Virus record (IMG/VR): IMGVR_UViG_3300049781_000043
Coordinates: 1 to 45,765 of that record
Length of the DNA: 45,765 bases
Direction: 5' to 3' (one strand)
Origin: a virus
Taxonomy: Duplodnaviria > Caudoviricetes
Positions 42,966 through 45,765 of the stretch are shown piece after piece (position 1 is the stretch's first letter; the number at the start of each line of letters is the position of its first letter). Both the position numbers and the translations under genes were made by a program. Under the pieces are notes generated by a model. The model was not told where the DNA came from. It saw only the letters and a list, made by a program, of their open reading frames with translations, and searched no databases.

Positions 42966-44072
42966 TTGAGCACCGAGGATCAGGAGCAGCGGACCGGCGG
43001 GGTCGCCCACGCCTTCGGCAACCGCCTCGCGTGGAAGTGGACGGACGAGATGCCCGCGTACCTCAAGCAGGGCTTTCTCACGATGCTCTACTCGCTGCGG
43101 CAGCACGCCGCGCCGTCCGGTGAGCTGCGGTTCAACGGGGGCAATCACAGACCGATCAAGATGGACCGGCTGTCCCGTTCGGCTGGGTGCCGGGAGCAGG
43201 ACGGCCGCCGGTACATCGAGGCGGCGATCCGGGCCGGGCTCGTCACGGTCGTCGGTGAGCGCCGCCGGGGAGTGACCCCTCTCTTCTGTCTCGTCATGAG
43301 CCCCTGGCCCGACTGGAAGGCCGCCGAGGACTACCTCCGCGGAACGTCCCGGGGCGCGGGGCGGAAGTTCCCGAAGCTGGAGCAGGAGGCCGAGACCTCG
43401 GCCCACGGTGGTCCGAGCGAACTCGAGGTTTCCGGCACCGAGGAGGCCGAGGAGGTTCGGCCCACGCTGGATCGACCGACCTCGGACCACCGTGGCTCGA
43501 CCAGTTCGGACCACCGTGGGCCCCACAAACCAGGTGTCTTCCATGCGGGTTACCACGACGGTGCTGAGGTAGTTCCTGAACCTGAGGTGGTTGGGGGCTC
43601 GGCGAGCGAAACGAACGAGCTTCCGATCAGCGAGGAGGAGGAGCAGGCCAGCGGCGGCCAGCAGCAGGAGCAGCCGGGCGAGGACTCCGACAAGGCGTTC
43701 GGCGGTCGGTGCGAGGTCTGCCGTATCCCGCTGGTGCGACCGGGGAAGCGCTGCGCCGGACACCGCGAGGAGGCCGTCCCCGGACATCGCGGTCGGAAGG
43801 CGTCTGCGCGCCGAGGACGGGCGATCCAACCGCCGCTGCTGGCTCCGGTCCCCGACGCTCCCGACGCGCCGTCACCGGCCGCACAGGCCCCCTCCCGGCC
43901 CGCCCGGGAGATCACCGACCCGTTCGCCCCCGTCCGCGTCTGCGACTGCGGCCGCCAGTTCCGCGACCGCGACCCGGCGGCCCGCTGCCCCGACTGCCTC
44001 CAAGCCGAGCAGGACGAGACCGCGCGCCTCACCGCCCGCCGGGGGCTCCACCAGGAAGCGAGCAACCAGTGA
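42966..44072 (+). CDS. Putative phage replication initiator (N-terminal wHTH, C-terminal Cys knuckles)
   Basis: GAGGAG RBS before TTG 42966; wHTH-like segment ...YIEAAIRAGLV; internal iteron-like repeats. Confidence 0.65.
   Translation: MSTEDQEQRTGGVAHAFGNRLAWKWTDEMPAYLKQGFLTMLYSLRQHAAPSGELRFNGGNHRPIKMDRLSRSAGCREQDGRRYIEAAIRAGLVTVVGERRRGVTPLFCLVMSPWPDWKAAEDYLRGTSRGAGRKFPKLEQEAETSAHGGPSELEVSGTEEAEEVRPTLDRPTSDHRGSTSSDHRGPHKPGVFHAGYHDGAEVVPEPEVVGGSASETNELPISEEEEQASGGQQQEQPGEDSDKAFGGRCEVCRIPLVRPGKRCAGHREEAVPGHRGRKASARRGRAIQPPLLAPVPDAPDAPSPAAQAPSRPAREITDPFAPVRVCDCGRQFRDRDPAARCPDCLQAEQDETARLTARRGLHQEASNQ
43398..43524. repeat. Four 19-bp imperfect palindromic iterons (putative ori)
   Basis: TCGGCCCACGGTGGTCCGA 43398, TCGGCCCACGCTGGATCGA 43457, TCGGACCACCGTGGCTCGA 43482, TCGGACCACCGTGGGCCCC 43506. 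Confidence 0.7.
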
Positions 44073-44374
44073 CCACCCCGACCACGACGAGGACCACGAC
44101 GTCGGTGACGGGCTCACCTGGCCCCGCGAGGACTGACCCGGTGACCGACACGACCGAGGCCGCGCCGTGCCGGGTCCAGCTGGAGGAGGACCGGCTCGTC
44201 GAGATCCGGCTCCTCGTCCAGCAGCTCGGCGACCGGCCGGACCCGGCCGAGGCGCCCCAGCTCCTCGCCGACGCCCGTACCGCCCTCGTCGACCTCCTCG
44301 ACGACCGCGACGACCTCGTCCGCGCCAACGCCGAGGCGGCCGAGGAGCTGGCCTGCTGGCTCGGCCACATCTGA
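44069..44374 (+). CDS. Hypothetical helical protein
   Basis: GTGA overlap at 44069 (alternative GTG 44141 with GAGG RBS). Confidence 0.6.
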   Translation: MTTPTTTRTTTSVTGSPGPARTDPVTDTTEAAPCRVQLEEDRLVEIRLLVQQLGDRPDPAEAPQLLADARTALVDLLDDRDDLVRANAEAAEELACWLGHI

Positions 44375-44420
44375 AGACTTCCGGCCCCGCCCGGGGCCGG
44401 AGCAACTGAGAGGACACACC

Positions 44421-45728
44421 ATGCAGTTCGAGAACGCCGACCAGCTCCGCGCCTTCCTGCGCACGTGCATCGACCCCGGTCCCGGCCGCGACAAGCGGAC
44501 CCCGACCCGGCTCGTCGAGGCGCTGCCCCACCAGTACGCGGCGGCGCTGACGGAGTTCGCCCCGCCCTACCTCGGTGCGTTCGGCCGCACGGCCGCCGAG
44601 CTGACCGCCCGCGCCGAGGACATGCACCACGCCTACGCCGCAACCCTCCTCGCCTGGATCCGCGACGAGCAGCCCAGCGACCGCCTCCTCGAACTCGCGC
44701 AGGAAGCCACCGCGCACGTCCGCGCCTGCTCCTGGTGCACCACGAACGGCGTGCTGTCCGCCTCCTGCGCCGACGGTCGGCGCCTGGCGGACGCGCTCCT
44801 CGCCCCCGCCAAGGAGGCGCCGGCCGAGGACCGGGCCCCGGGGTCGTGCATCTGCTCGTTCGCGCCGCACGCCCTGAAGCGTCCGCACGTCGAGGAGTGC
44901 CCGGCCGCCGCGGAGGCGTGCGGTCACGAGTCGTGGGACGTCACCAGCGAGTACCCGGCCCCGGACGGTACCGGGTGGGTGAAGTTCCGCACCTGCCATT
45001 GCGGCGCGCTCCTGGACTCCGTGACCGAGCCGGAACCGCACTTCGAGACCAACCGCGCGGCCGCCGCGGCGGCGGCCGGGCACGCCACCGCCGAGGAGAC
45101 CGCCGCGGCGTACCTCGGCGAGAACGTCCAGGCGCCGGCCGACCCGGCGGTCCTGCCCTGGACGGAACTCCTGCGGGGCGCCGAGCCGCACGGGCTGATC
45201 GACGAGATCGCCTTCGCGCTGCACAACACCGACGGCCGCCTGCGCAGCGAGGACGAGACGAAAGAGCAGCGCGCCCGCCGGATCCTCGCCGACATCGAGC
45301 ACGTCCTCACCGCATGGCGGGACGCGGTCGAGCACCGGCGCCCGCCGGTCTACCTGACCCCCGACGGCCGGGTGTGGACGTACCGGGGCGAGCACGTCGC
45401 GCACGACGGCCCGGCCGTCTACAAGTCGCCCTCGTCGCCGAAGGCCTTCACCGTCGCCCAGCTCAAGGACATGTACGGCTGGGTCGCCACGGTCGACGGG
45501 ACGACGCCGACCGAGGGCGAGGGTGTCCCGACCGCGTTGCAGGACTACGCGCGCACCTGCCGCGCCTCCGGCCTCCTGCCGTACACCACGGTCCTCGTCC
45601 AGAGCTCTGTGAGCCGTGAGGTCCACGCGGCCGTTCACGTCTCCCTGGACCCGCACCTCGAACTCAGCACCGGCGCCGTCGACGAGGTCCGTACCGCGAT
45701 CTGCGACGACCTCACCGTCCGCGAGTGA
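44421..45728 (+). CDS. Mosaic hypothetical protein
   Basis: GAGAGG RBS, high GC3, several Cys/His clusters. Confidence 0.75.
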   Translation: MQFENADQLRAFLRTCIDPGPGRDKRTPTRLVEALPHQYAAALTEFAPPYLGAFGRTAAELTARAEDMHHAYAATLLAWIRDEQPSDRLLELAQEATAHVRACSWCTTNGVLSASCADGRRLADALLAPAKEAPAEDRAPGSCICSFAPHALKRPHVEECPAAAEACGHESWDVTSEYPAPDGTGWVKFRTCHCGALLDSVTEPEPHFETNRAAAAAAAGHATAEETAAAYLGENVQAPADPAVLPWTELLRGAEPHGLIDEIAFALHNTDGRLRSEDETKEQRARRILADIEHVLTAWRDAVEHRRPPVYLTPDGRVWTYRGEHVAHDGPAVYKSPSSPKAFTVAQLKDMYGWVATVDGTTPTEGEGVPTALQDYARTCRASGLLPYTTVLVQSSVSREVHAAVHVSLDPHLELSTGAVDEVRTAICDDLTVRE

Positions 45729-45765
45729 CCACCCCGCCCCTGGCCCGTCCCGCCGGTACCGGGAC

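Larger units (their letters stand above)
1..45765. mobile_element. Temperate actinophage (siphovirus-like, probably Streptomyces) genome segment in attP (excised/virion) configuration
   Basis: Tail, lysis, integration, immunity and recombination/replication modules in canonical order; no host housekeeping genes; attP intact. Confidence 0.95.

Overview
The whole window is one temperate siphovirus-type phage genome of a high-GC actinomycete, most likely Streptomyces, with no recognisable host DNA. An intact attP (3' half of a tRNA-CAT gene) has phage genes on both sides, so this is the excised or virion configuration. From left to right: (1) ~1-21.3 kb, late genes: Cys-rich fibre/chaperone cassettes, a tandem GT4 glycosyltransferase and a Stealth-like protein flanking the major tail protein, neck genes, tail chaperones, tape measure, tail tip, endolysin and holin; (2) ~21.3-27.9 kb, an accessory block (XRE regulator, Prim-Pol-like protein, EEP nuclease/phosphatase, small ORFs); (3) ~27.9-31.1 kb, xis, XRE regulator, tyrosine integrase and attP; (4) ~31.2-32.9 kb, a cI/cro-like switch with palindromic operators; (5) ~33-45.7 kb, early genes (YqaJ, RecT, DnaQ-like, RusA, WhiB, a replication initiator with internal iterons). 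The most notable signal is a 21-nt element, RCY-GC-TGGTT-NTG-GGCCG-RGY, present nine times in seven late-gene leaders. It always lies downstream of a TANNCT -10-like hexamer, and the last copy ends 26-33 nt before the start codon. It shows compensatory base changes typical of an RNA hairpin, and its 3' arm can alternatively pair next to the start codon to close an RBS-sequestering structure. This suggests a phage-wide post-transcriptional switch for virion and lysis genes. All protein calls come from motif recognition by eye and gene order; no database search or folding program was run.
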